Position numbers and translations under genes: made by a program
Notes under the pieces: generated by a model
The model's database searches: none
What the model saw: only the letters and a program-made list of their open reading frames with translations
Told to the model about the DNA's origin: nothing
Source of the DNA: Torpedo marmorata
Taxonomy: Eukaryota
Direction of reading: 5' to 3'
Length of the DNA: 64,000 nt
Assembly (NCBI GenBank): GCA_977017645.1
Contig: OZ360230.1
Span: 78,368,001 to 78,432,000, forward strand
In this document: positions 50,787 to 62,873 of the stretch, in pieces
Layout of the letters: every line of letters starts with the position of its first letter
How positions within the stretch are numbered: position 1 is the first letter of the stretch

Positions 50787-51034
50787 TAAAGGTAAAGGTT
50801 CCATTATTGTCACGTAATACTACATTTAGAATGTAACATACATGAAATTCTTTATTTTTTGTTTACCGTAAGGCAGACAGAGGGTCGCTACTTTATCCAG
50901 CGCCCCTCACAGAAACCTACAACACCTGATGTTCCTTTGCGGTCTCCCCTCCAAGTACTGACCAGTCCTGTGCCTGCTTAGCTTCTGAGATCAGACAATC
51001 CCAGTTGTATTTAGGCTATTGGTGCTATTGGGAC
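50787..51034 (-). mobile_element. 5S rRNA-derived SINE (SINE3-type) with a Rex1-like 3' tail
   Basis: 50913-51034 reverse complement aligns to 5S rRNA (TCTGATCTCAGAAGCTAAGCAGG..CTGGTCAGTACTTGGAGGGGAGACCGC..GGTGTTGTAGG); ~125-bp body ends TGACAATAA plus (ACCTTT)n; candidate TSD CAGATGG (50780-50786, 51035-51041). Confidence 0.78.
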
Positions 51035-51184
51035 CAGATGGAACTGAAGGAAAGGTGGGGGGGGGGGGGGGGAGAGGGGAAAAAGAGGGAGAAGAGTCCT
51101 ATATGGGAAATGTGGAAGAGGATGGAACTAAGAAGGAGGTGGATGAGTATGGGTGGGAGGCTGAGTGGGATTTTTTTTTCCCAT

Positions 51185-52850
51185 TCAAAGTTCAAAGTTC
51201 AGATTTATTGACAGAGTACATACATGATATCGCATACAACCCTGAGATTTTTTTTTCCTGCGGGCAGGCAGTATTACCACTTATGGGCATTGCAACAAAA
51301 CTGTACTCAACGTACACATGTAAACAAGCAAAGAAATGTAAACAAACCGACTGTGCAATACAGAGAAAAAAATCAGTAAAGTGCAAAAGTAAGATTCCTT
51401 AAATTTGCTCACCCTCTCCACCTCTGATCCCCCAATGATCACTGGATAATACATCTCTGGTTTTCCCTTCCTGAAGTCAACAATCAGCATCTTGGTTTTG
51501 GTTACATCGAGTGCGAGATTGTTGTTAGTACACCATTCAGCCAGGTTTTAAATTTCCCTCCTGTACCCTGACTCATTGCCCCTTTTTATACAACCCACTA
51601 CCATGGTATCATCAGCGAATTTGTAGATGGTGTTGTTGACATACCGAGCCACACAGTCTTAGGTGTATAGCGAGTAGAGCAGAGGGCTAAGAACGCAGCC
51701 ATGTGGTGCTTCGGTACTGATGGAGATTGTGAAGGAGATGTTCTTACCAATCCTCACTGATTGTGGTCTGGAGTTGAGGAAATCCAGGATCCAATTTCAC
51801 AGTGGGGTCCCAGATCTTGGAGATTGCTGATCAATTTTGAGGGAATGATGGTGGTGAATGCTGAATTGTAGTCAATAGAGAGCATCCTGATGTGTGCATC
51901 TTTGCTATCCAGGTGTTCCAGGGCTTTGCGCAGAGCCAGTGAGATGGCATCTGCCGTACATCTGTTGTTCCTGTAGGTGAATTGGAACGGGGTCCATGTC
52001 GCCGCTCAGACAGGAGCTGATTTCTTCAACAACAGCTTTTCAAAACACTTCATCACTATTGATGTGAGTGCCACTGGTCAATAGTTATTTAGGCAGGTGA
52101 CCACACACTTCTTTGGCACCGGTACGATTGACGCCTGTTTGAAACAGGTGGGTACCACGCCCTGCCAGAGTGAGATGTTGAATATATCCGTAAATACATT
52201 GGAAAGTTGGTCAGCACAGGTTTTGAATACTCGATCGGGTAATCCGTCCGGATTGGATGCTTTCCTCGGATTCACTCTCCTGAAGGCATCCTGCACATCA
52301 ACCTCGGATACAGACAGGAGAGGATCATCAGGGGACATGGGGATGTGCAGTGGTGGTTCTTCCTTGTACTTGTGGTTGAATCGGGCATCAAAGGCATTGA
52401 GTTCATCTGGGAGTGAAGCTTTGCCTTCTCCTACTGAACTGGATTTGGTTTTTTAGCAGTTTATGTCATTTAGGCCCTGCCACAGCTGTAGGGTATCCTT
52501 CGTTGTTTCCATTTTCGTCCAGAAACTCCACTTCACCCGGGAGATGGCTTTCTGTAGGTCATACCTGCTCCTTCTGTAGTCACCTGTATCTTCGGAATTA
52601 AATGCCTGTGATCTGGCTCTCAGCAGGTTCTGGATTTCATTATTCATCCAGGGCTTCTTGTTGGGGAAAATCCCAAACGATTTGGTGGGGATACACTTGT
52701 CCACAGCTGCTTTGATAAAGTCTGTGCCAACCCCGGTGTAATCATTCAGGTCTTCAGCTGAGTCCTTGAACACTGCCCAATCCGTTGACATGAGGAAGTC
52801 CTGTAACCGTTCTTCAGCCTCCTGCGACCACCTTCTCGCTATCCTGATCC
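51185..52850 (-). mobile_element. Rex1/Babar LINE (another subfamily), decayed, RT C-terminus deleted
   Basis: NKKPWMN, VNPRKASNPDG, KFADD and VERVSKFK motifs; coding sequence abuts the 3' UTR at ~51395; tail (AACTTTG)n. Confidence 0.88.
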
Positions 52851-53452
52851 TGATCCCACTACTCTTTCTGTCATTGACCTGCTAATGGTCCAAAACATTC
52901 CTCACTGAATTCAATACGCTCCCCTATCCTTCATCAGATCACAATCCATGAAGAGATTTTCCAGCATAACCACTTAACTACTTCAGAATCTCAGCAAATA
53001 TCTATGTCCTGCCACTCGAGTCAATGAGGAATCCAGTACTGAAGCCAATCAGGAGGATTTGAGATCTATGTAACACAGCCCACATTACCAGTAAGATTTA
53101 GACCAATGTCAGAAAACTATCAAATCATCCATAAATTGCAAGTGCAGACATTTTGATAGTTATAAGTTGCAAGGAAGTTTATTATTAGAATTGGATTATA
53201 AGTAGCTCATATGCAATTTGTGCCCACACATCAATATGGAGGATCCAAACTGATTTTTTTATGTGTGTATATTTGCATTCATGTTCACTTCAAATCACAT
53301 TAATAAATTTATTTTTGTGTGGATGGACAATGTTGTCTGCTGGTGTCTGCTGCTCAATATGCAGTGAATTACATTGAAGATTTGCCCTTCCACCTGATGA
53401 ATGGAATATTTAAAATTAAACATTGGAGTAGATTTAATTTCTGGCATGCCTT

Positions 53453-53629
53453 NNNNNNNNNNNNNNNNNNNNNNNNNNNNNNNNNNNNNNNNNNNNNNNN
53501 NNNNNNNNNNNNNNNNNNNNNNNNNNNNNNNNNNNNNNNNNNNNNNNNNNNNNNNNNNNNNNNNNNNNNNNNNNNNNNNNNNNNNNNNNNNNNNNNNNNN
53601 NNNNNNNNNNNNNNNNNNNNNNNNNNNNN
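53453..53629. other. Assembly gap (N run), possibly over a microsatellite
   Basis: Run of n followed by GCGCGCGTATAC. Confidence 0.95.
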
Positions 53630-53961
53630 GCGCGCGTATACAGGTTCATACTTCTTCAGGAAATTGATTGTTCTTTGAAGTACAATCATTATGCATATCA
53701 ACCTATATTTCCATGTATACGTAGACAGCAAAACACTGTTAATCCTGCACACTCCAAACTATAATCTTCCTGGTCTGGTATATTATTTGGATATAGGAGG
53801 TTATTCCAATTAATACTCAAACACACTTTTAATTTACTACTTTTTAGATATTGTGCAATACATTTTCCTGCAAATCTGATCAATTTAAAGGAAGTGTGGG
53901 AAAGTGAACCCTGTAAGTTTAAAGGAAGTATGGGAATCAGAACCAGGTAAGGGAGTGCTGG

Positions 53962-54085
53962 TAGTAAAACATGAAAATCTGCAGACACCGTAGTTGAAGT
54001 AAAAACACAAAGCTGGAGAAACTCTGCAGGTAAAGCAGTGTCTTTTATATAGCAAATGTAAAAAATACATAACTGATGTTGGGCT
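53962..54085 (-). mobile_element. Penelope pseudo-LTR terminal fragment
   Basis: AAACATGAAAATCTGCAGA..AAAACACAAAGCTGGAGAAAC is the reverse complement counterpart of 32750-32816. Confidence 0.65.
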
Positions 54086-55489
54086 CTGGTGGGTTTAAAG
54101 GGAACAGGCACTGGGACCCAGGCATGATAAAGGCAGAAGAGGAATCAACATTCAGTAAGACAGATGCCAAATCAGAGTTCCAAACAATCAGAAAGGGTTA
54201 AATTAAATTATTGCTGTATATAACAAGCTATTTTATCTACAGCCTTCAGTTGCTCTATAATTGCAACTTTTGTATTTTCCTCATGAAAAGTTTTAAAGTC
54301 TGAAATAATATATAGTGAACAAAGTGTGTTGGAACTGAGATAGCATGCTTACATGGTTACTGAAAAATAAATATTTCTTGGCAGGCAGTAATTCCAGTGC
54401 TTTCTGAGAGACATTGTTCAATGGCAAGCTGAAGCAACAATTGTTCTAGCTTCTGACTTTGCATATGAGCTTTCAGTTTTGGATAAATTAACTGAAAAAT
54501 GGATTAAAAGTCCGAGATGGGGGAAGGTGTATTTTTTGGGAATGGGTTGTTCTTTCACAAGTATATTTCCAATTGGGCAACACCAAATGCTTTATGATTT
54601 GGTAACTGATTCATTCTTGGTTTTTAGGATTGGTGTTGAGAATCTGGGATTTTGAGACAAAAAAGAGATTTTGTTATACGTTCATATATATTCTACCTGT
54701 GCTTGGTTTGGAGTGAACCTTGTGAGGCAGGGCATTCAGCAGTGTCTCTATCGACCTGTAGCCAAGAGAAATTATGTTTTTTAAAAATGCCATTTTAGGC
54801 CGAGCTCTTGCTTCAGGGTTCAATCAGTATTGGGTTTTATATTTAATCCCAATATCAATCTCAAGAAAACCCAGAGTCAAGAGCTGCAGGCTGTATTTCT
54901 TAGTAATTTCATGTGGCTCTGGATTCTCTGACACTAATGGAATATCCCTGAAGCAATCTTTGGCCACTTCTCTTGTCCAGTGCTCTCACAGCAAATTAGT
55001 AAGAAGTTAGGCAGTACTCTAACTGTTGAAGAATATTTGATTAGAACTGGACTTCTTGATAATCTGTCTAATCTCTCTCTATATCTTACAAATTTCATTA
55101 AAATCTGAAAAATAAAGTTAACAAAATAAGTGGAATAAAATGCCAAAATAAAATAAAAATCAAGTTATTTTGTTATTTGAAGGCCAATATCAACTCTCCA
55201 TTTTTAGTTACAAATAGAGATTAGTGGCAATTTATGCCAAATCACTTTCCCCTGTCCCATTCACGTCATTTAAATTTGACTGAAAATTGTACTCATTGAC
55301 GGTACTGTTATTCCTATAACATGGGGAGTGTTAATTCAATCTACTTTGCAAATACTAGTTAGTGGATACCACTCATAAAACACTAAATGTGCAAATAGTT
55401 TCACAACATGCAAGAGTGCTTTTAAAATAATGAAAGAAAAGACACAAGCAAAACACCATGTTTTATATTTCACTGTGTGCGATAGTCAG

Positions 55490-55760
55490 GGCAACCAGAA
55501 AATCACTGGCCAACATCCTTGCCATTATTCATAACATCTGTGGGTATTTCAATTGCTCCATGAAAATTTTAGAGCAGCTCAAACACTTCCCAAGAGAATG
55601 CAAACTGCCAGATCATCTGATACGGGCAATTAGAATGAGATGGAGCTCTACCTTTCTTGTGATAAAGTGCCCAGTTTAGTAAAAAAAAAATGACTACATT
55701 CCGAGGCAATTGAATGCACATTTGGACCAATTTAACATGCAACCAGTGAATGAACTTGTC
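55490..55760 (+). pseudogene. Ancient hAT-Ac (ZBED1/4/6-like) transposase fossil
   Basis: ICGYFNCS..LKHFPRECKLPDHLIRAIRMRWSSTF resembles the hAT-Ac segment 'I.GHF.HS..L...Q....LP...L.QDV.TRWNST'. Confidence 0.5.
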
Positions 55761-58161
55761 AGTCTGACCAGGCCATTTGGACAAACCACTTAGGAACTAA
55801 GAAACAATGTGGCCCTTCTCAGACAATTTAGGTTGATAGTATTTATTTTCCAATTTGCCCCAGACGTACCCAGAAAAAACATCCAGATCTGTAATAAACT
55901 TGTACTTTCCTGCCACAATAAGAAATTATTTGAAACAGAACAGAATTTAAATATAATCTTAAAAGTATAAACTGCATTTTATCTGCTCTGGACCATCCTT
56001 GCGTCAGTGTTTCTGATCTGCCATTCAAATGCTTTAATACTTTAATAAGATCACTCAATTAAGAAAAATCCAATTGCACACGATATATTTTCCATAATAG
56101 AAGTCAAGAATGGATGACATTGTGCCTTATTAACTGAAAGTTCAATTTTATTGGGTTCATATCAACCCACTGTCAGAGAAGACAGAAATGATGTGAAGTC
56201 TACAGTCAATGAGAACAGCAGTCATAGTTCAAACATAGTTCATTTTAACCAAAAGCCCCAGTCTGGATTCTCACCCTCTGGCATGTCTAGGAAGATAGTC
56301 TTATGTTGTAAAGCTTCATACATTTTCTAAAAGAGGTCTATGTTTTTTTTCAAGTAATAGTCAAGTAAATCTGCTTCATTTCACTTGGGTGGGATTGTGG
56401 CTACCAAAGATTCAATGGAAAATTGCATTTATGCAGAATATATTCTGCTGCTGAAAGGTAATTTGCTCTTCTCAGTTCTGATTTTGATTTGAATAGCAAG
56501 TTGTTGATTTGAACTTCACCTTCACAAGCACCATCACAATCTGCAAGAAGGAAGTTACCTAAGAATTGGAAGCAAAGTTCCCCAATGTTTAGTTGCATGG
56601 TAAACTAAAAATGACTTCTCTTTTGTTTTGATAGTCATATCCGGAAATTTTTACCTGCAGTTGGCACACTCGTAATAAATGGCATGATAGAGTGCCAAGT
56701 AGAGAAAAATAGCTTAATTGCGCCTGGATGCTTTATCACTACAAGCTCTTTGTGGACTTTGTTAAATGACAGTGGGATGTTCTGGATTGGAGACTGATGT
56801 CATCATTCGTGTTGATCCATCATTAGCAAAGTGGTAATTTGCTATTGGGATTGAGATCTCCTCCTGATTGTGACGACATTCTACAAAATAGCATGATTCT
56901 CCATTCGGATTTCTGATTAAAACTTTGGAAAAATTATTAATCATTCCCTCTGAGGATCTAAAATGAACATGAGTTACAGCTGCGATTTGAAATTGGAATA
57001 CCACATTGTCATTGAGCATAAACCTAATTTTACAACTTGGAACACTCAGAATTGTTATTTTAACTCCATTTTTCCTTTCTTACATCTGGCTAACAAGGAC
57101 ACATCTGTCAATTTTTGGTGGTCTCATTAAAATGAGGTGAAAATGTAATCATGCAGCTCTCGTCATTAAAATAATCTTACACTTAGAGTCAATAGGTATC
57201 CAGGGGGAGCTTAAACAATATTTACCCAGATTAACAACCACATTTAAAGCAACAATTTATCAATAAATTTTGAGAATCCATTTTGGTATTAATTATTTGA
57301 TATCATCTACATTAACATTACATATTTAAGATGTTAAATTATTGCATTTACTAAATGATAGTTTTCTCCCCCAATTCTTGCAGGACTTTGAGAATTTCTC
57401 AATGCGAGTTGGTTCGGAAGATTACAACAATTCTAAAATTTTGCACAACAAGGTAATTGAAACCTTCCTTAAGGACATCACTAACAGTAAACAGTCTGTT
57501 GTGTACAAATGCATCATGTGAATCAAGGTTAATTTCAATGGTCAATCAGCAAAAAAAAAGACTACAAATTATTTGTGGATCCATACAAGACATTTCCCTT
57601 GACAACTGTTCACAATACCTTAGTTTTATGTCAGTCCACTGCATCTCCACTTTTTGACATAATAACTAGCATCTTGTAACAGAAAAGTAACCACAGCTGG
57701 TAGTGCATACAATGTCAGATGCACAAGTTCAGTAAGAATGTATTGAAGTGCTTGCAATTTTTTCATTCATTGTCAGGATCTGGGCGGCAACAGCAAGGTT
57801 AGCATTTATTACCCATCCCTAATTGCCCTTGAAAGAGTGGTTGAGAGCTGCCTTCTTGAATTGCTGCAGTCCTACTTGTGCAGGCACTCTAATGTTACTG
57901 TTGGTCAAGGGTTCCAGGATTTAGACCCAGCAACGATAAAGAACTGGCAAGATATTTCCAAAGCAGCATGGTGTGTGCTTTGGAGGAAATCTGCAAGTCG
58001 CAGTTTTCTCATCCAACTGCTGGTCTCCTTTATGGAAAAGGTTGCAGATCTAAGATGTGTTTTAGGGTAGTCTGGGCAAATAACTTCAGATGGCACAAAC
58101 TGCAGGTACTGGGTATGAGTGCTTTAGGTTGGTAGAAGAGGTGTCAATCAAGTACACTGCC

Positions 58162-60679
58162 ATATTTGAATCAAAAAATTCATTAACAAATTTTAGTTGA
58201 GCTGCTTTATAATAATTTTGGAAATTAGGAAGTTGTAAACCACCCATTTCATAATTCCAAGTTAATTTTTCCATACCTACTCTTGCTAACTTTCCTTTCC
58301 ATAAAAATTTTCTAATAATTGAATTTAAATCTTTAAAATTTTTTGAGGAATTCCATAAGGAATTGATTGAAAAAGGTATTGAATTTTTGGAAAAACATTC
58401 ATTTTAATACAGTTTACTCTTCCCATTAAAGTTATAGGTAAATCTTTCCAATTTTCTAAACCTTTCTTTATTTTCACAAATAATGGTAAATAATTTAATT
58501 TGTATAAATTAACCAATTTTGTGTCAACCCTTATTCCCAAATATTTAATTCCTTCCTTTGCCCATTTAAATTGTGTAATTTCATTACATCTACTATAATC
58601 CCCTTGTGATAATGCCATAATTTCACTTTTATCAGAATTAATTTTATATCCAGATATTTCCCCATATTCTCTCAATAACACAGACAATTGTACTAAGGAT
58701 GTAATAGATTTTGTCATATATATCAATACATCATCTGCAAACAAACTAATTTTATGTTCTTCCATTCCAACTTTAATACCAACTATTTTAGGATCTTTTC
58801 TAACTAATTCTGCCAAAGGTTCTATCGCCAAAATAAATAATGCTGGTGACAAAGGACATCCTTGTCTAGTAGATCGAGTCAAAGGAAATTTTGAAGAAAT
58901 TTGTCCATTTGTAACTACTTTAGCAGATGGTTCTTTATATATAGTTTTAATCCAATTAATAAATGTATTTCCAAAACCAAATTTCTCCAATACCTTAAAT
59001 AAAAAATTCCACTCTAATCTATCAAAAGCCTTTTCAGCATCTAAAGTTAAAAATAATGGTAAATCTTCCTTCTTTTTATGTAAATTAATTAAACTAATCA
59101 ATCTAGCTATATTATCTTTTGAATATCTATTTTTAATAAAACCAGCTTGATCTACATGGATTAAATCTGGTAAATAATTAGCCATTCTATTTGCTAAGAT
59201 TTTTGCCATTATCTTATAATCTACATTTAATAATGAAATAGGTCTATAAGATTCAGTTTTCAATACATCTCTATCTTTCTTTGGTATAACTAAATCTTCT
59301 GCTTGGATTAAAATAGAATTAAATAATATAGGAGAAGATTCTAAAGAAGAAATTATTTATAAATAGGATTCTAAATTAATATCAACAAGAAAGAAAAATT
59401 CGCCTATTTTTAAACATTTGTTAGAAATATGGAATAAGATGGATAAGGAAATAGGAGGAAAAGGATTGATTTCTTCAAGGATGCCTTTATATCAAAATGG
59501 ACTTATTCCATTTACTATTAATAATCAATTATTTAAAATTTGGTTTCAAAAAGGAATTAAGAATGATTGTTTTGAAGCTGGAAAATTTATTACTTTTCAA
59601 AGAATGAAAGATAAATTTAATATATTAGATAATACACTTTTTGCTTATTATCAAATTAGAGCTTTTCTGATTGAGAAATTAGGTTATGCTTTGATTTTAC
59701 CAAGACAGAATGAATTAGAATTATTAGTTACTAATGGAGATGTCAATAAATTTATTCCTCAAATGTATACATTGTTTTAGAGGAAAATGCCTAAAGTAGG
59801 ATTGCATAAATCAAGATTAAAATGGGAATTAGATTTGAATGTAAGAATAGATGAAAATCATTGGAAAGAATTATGTAAATTAAGTATGACGAAGATTATT
59901 AATGTTAGATATAGATTAGTACAATACAATTTTTTCATCAATTATATTTAACACCTAAAAAACTAAAGAAATTTAATCCGACACTATCAGGTTTATGTTT
60001 TAGATGTAATAAAGAGGAAGGGTCTTTTGTACATTCTACATGGTTTTGTCCAAAAGTTTATGATTTTTGGTTGAAAGTTAAAAAATGTTTAGATAAAGTA
60101 TTTAAGATTACATTTCCAATGTATCCTATGATATTTTTGTTTGGAGATATTAGAAAATTTAGTATTAAGATGAAATTAAATATGTATCAAATAGAATTTT
60201 TGAGAATTGCTTTAGCTGTTTCAAAGAAATGCATTGCTATTACTTGGAAATCTGATTTAGATTTAGGATTATAAAGATGGCATGCAGAACTTCGTTCGTG
60301 TATACCACTTGAGAAAATTACTTATAATTTACGTAATAAATACCATTTCTTCTTAAAAATTTGGAGCCCATATATGAAAGCTGTTGGTTTAAGGATTTGA
60401 AGATCTCTGGATATCGGATCTACTGGCATACTTGACCTCCATAATAGAATTAGTTTATAGATTGGCATTCCCCTTACTTTATCTTTTTCTTTCTTTTTTC
60501 TTCTTCTTTTTCTATTTTTATTTTATATTTTTATTTTTTATTAGATTAGTGGGGTTGGGAGGGTTGGGGAGGGGAGGGAGGGAGGGGGGGTGAAAATGTA
60601 TCACAAATAATTTGATAATTTGATATTTTATTTTATGTATTTTGTGATTTAAAAATTTTAAATAAAATATTTTAAAAAA
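58162..60679 (+). mobile_element. L1-clade LINE with 5' inversion
   Basis: 12-bp TSD AAGTACACTGCC (58150-58161, 60680-60691); 58162-~59290 is RT on minus; ~59291-60400 is the ORF2 C-terminus on plus with CFRC..H...FC motif; G-rich 3' UTR, AATAAA, A tail. Confidence 0.93.
58325..59263 (-). pseudogene. L1-clade ORF2 RT domain (inverted segment)
   Basis: SYRPISLLNVDYKI, DQAGFI, LDAEKAFDRLEW, TRQGCPLSPALF, LFADD, IKYLGI. Confidence 0.93.
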
Positions 60680-62677
60680 AAGTACACTGCCTTATCTTGG
60701 ATGGTGTCAAACGTATTCACAGTTGTTAGCATTGCATTCATCCATCCAGACATCACCCTACTGATTTGTGACTTGTGAATATTGGAAAGGCCTAAATAAA
60801 GAAATCATTGCAGAAGGCAAAAACTGAAAAATAGCAACTAAAGTTCTTACCACTGTGTAAGAAGGAACTCATATTTATATTGCAGATATGTTTAAATCAG
60901 AGATTATTGGGGATTGTTTTAACTCTCTCTTGTCAGACCTGATAAGATAATTCAATTTATCTTGAACTTCATCGTCATGTGCAAGGTGATAAGACTGATA
61001 GTTGCTGATCTTTTCCACAATTCCTATGAGCAGTATTCATTGGAATTCCTACAATGATTTGTTCAAAAATAAAAAGATTTTGTGGCATCCCACAATGGTG
61101 ATTGAAATCCTGAAGTGAATTAATGGAGGTCAAAAATTCAAGTGATTTCTTGTCACTCCAGAATGTGTCCACGTTTGAGAGGATGTGAAGAAAAGAAAAA
61201 TGTCTGAAGGAAAAGCCTTTCCTTACTCATGCAACAGGTCAAAGTTCATCATAAATGGGAATGGTATGTAAATCACTCACCATCCCCACACCTGAAAACC
61301 ACCAACCACATACCCAGCCATCTAATCACGACATTTAGAGAAGGAATGAATGGAATGAAGTTACTCTGATCCAACTTTCTCAGAATCTGTTCATTTGGTA
61401 AGTACCTTTCCTTCATCTTTTACCTTGATATTACCTCAAACGCAAGCATAAGCTGCAATGTTCTGATTGATGTTTTAATAAATAAATTTGAGAAAGTAAT
61501 CATCTTTCAGAATATTTATGCAAGATCCACGAACTGAGGGAGAAAACCCAACCACATTTCTAAACTTTCACACCTGCTTAACATAGTCAGACCCCCTGGG
61601 TCCAGCTGAACACCTAGGCCATGTTTGCAGCCACCCTATTTCAGTCATACACATGGCCCACATTCCTGACCCTTGGTTGCAATTGCCCACCCTGGCCTAC
61701 ATTCCCAACTCCTAACTCAGGCCATGGTGCTAATCTTTAGTAAGAGTGGGAAAGTATTCGACCTACAGGGACAACACTCCAGAAGCAAGGTCACCCTAAC
61801 CTCAGTGGTTAAACTGCAGTATGAAGGCAATGCTTGTGTTTGTGCAAGATCATAAACGGAGGCCTATGACATAATCATCTCATTCACTGAAGCATACAGG
61901 AGGATGAGCCTTACTTACGCTGAATGATGTTTCTCCAAATAACTTTTGAAAATCCATCAGTCACCGTCTCCTCTGCCTGAGAAGCCGAGAAATGTAATAT
62001 CATGGACTATATATTCTATGGAGCTATGGTGTAAGTGAAGTGACTGATGTTCTGGGAAAACAAACATTCTGACTAGAGAAGACTGACTGAGTTGCCAGTG
62101 TTGCCTGCAATTCAGTGCAATAGGGCTCAGAGGCAACCTCCTGAATAATATTTTCATTGTCAATTGAAGTTTCATATTTTCTTCCTTAAATAGTGCTTGA
62201 ACATAATCCCAAGCACGCATCCTATGTCAATGATTACAGTAATATTTAAAATAGATCCTTGCAACACAGAACAACTCATGCCCTTGCTCCCAGTGTTGTT
62301 TTAGCAGCAGCTACATCAGAAGAAGCATTTCCATTGTTTTCCCAGTATTGAAACATGCTGCTCAGCATTTCCAGCAGGAAGTCCAAATATCTGAGAAAAT
62401 GGTCACTGATCAGAAAAAAAGCTTTCTACCCAAAACCTCTGCTCACTTACAGCGATTCTGGGGAAACATTGGTCAAGAAAAGAAACAAACTTCTCCTGTT
62501 TTGCCGAAACATAACTAAATAGATATTAATTATTTAATATTAACTAAATTGATCATGGAAATATTTTCACTTTTCTGCCTCCAGTGTGTAGTTTAAATAC
62601 AGCAGGCAAAGACCTGTCAAGTATGCTTTAGATTTGTTGATTGAGATGTGAAAATAAAAAAAAAATCCCTTTTTTTC

Positions 62678-62873
62678 TCCTTAATACTTTGCGAAGGTTT
62701 GGTATGATACCAGAAACCCTGGCAAATTTCTACAGAGGTGTGGTGGAAAGTGTGCTGACCGGCTGCATCATGGTCTGGTATGGGAACACCAATACCCCTG
62801 AGCGTAAAGCCCTCCAAAAGGTAGTGGACACAGCCCAGGACATCACAGGCAAAACCCATCCAACTATTGAGTA
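62678..62873 (+). mobile_element. Rex1/Babar LINE fragment (host of the Tigger-like insertion)
   Basis: LRRFGMIPETLANFYRGVVESVLTGCIMVWYG..LQKVVDTAQDITG. Confidence 0.85.

Larger units (their letters stand above)
57770..60800 (-). mobile_element. Old LINE 3' end (57770-58149 and 60692-60800) split by the L1 insertion
   Basis: Rejoined flanks CAATCAAGTACACTGCCTTATCTTGGATGG match the 43395-43430 family. Confidence 0.55.

Noticed and set aside
50913-51034. Functional 5S rRNA gene
   Set aside because: Many substitutions, especially in the 5' third; not in a tandem array; fused to a retroposon tail
53319-53752. ORFs spanning N runs (also 17589-17868)
   Set aside because: Open only because of assembly gaps
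56401-57019. Minus-strand ORFs of 65 and 85 aa as host exons
   Set aside because: No recognisable motifs and no convincing splice boundaries
61384-61397. 14-nt microexon (CAG..GTAAGT)
   Set aside because: Not frame-preserving and modest pyrimidine tract; likely chance
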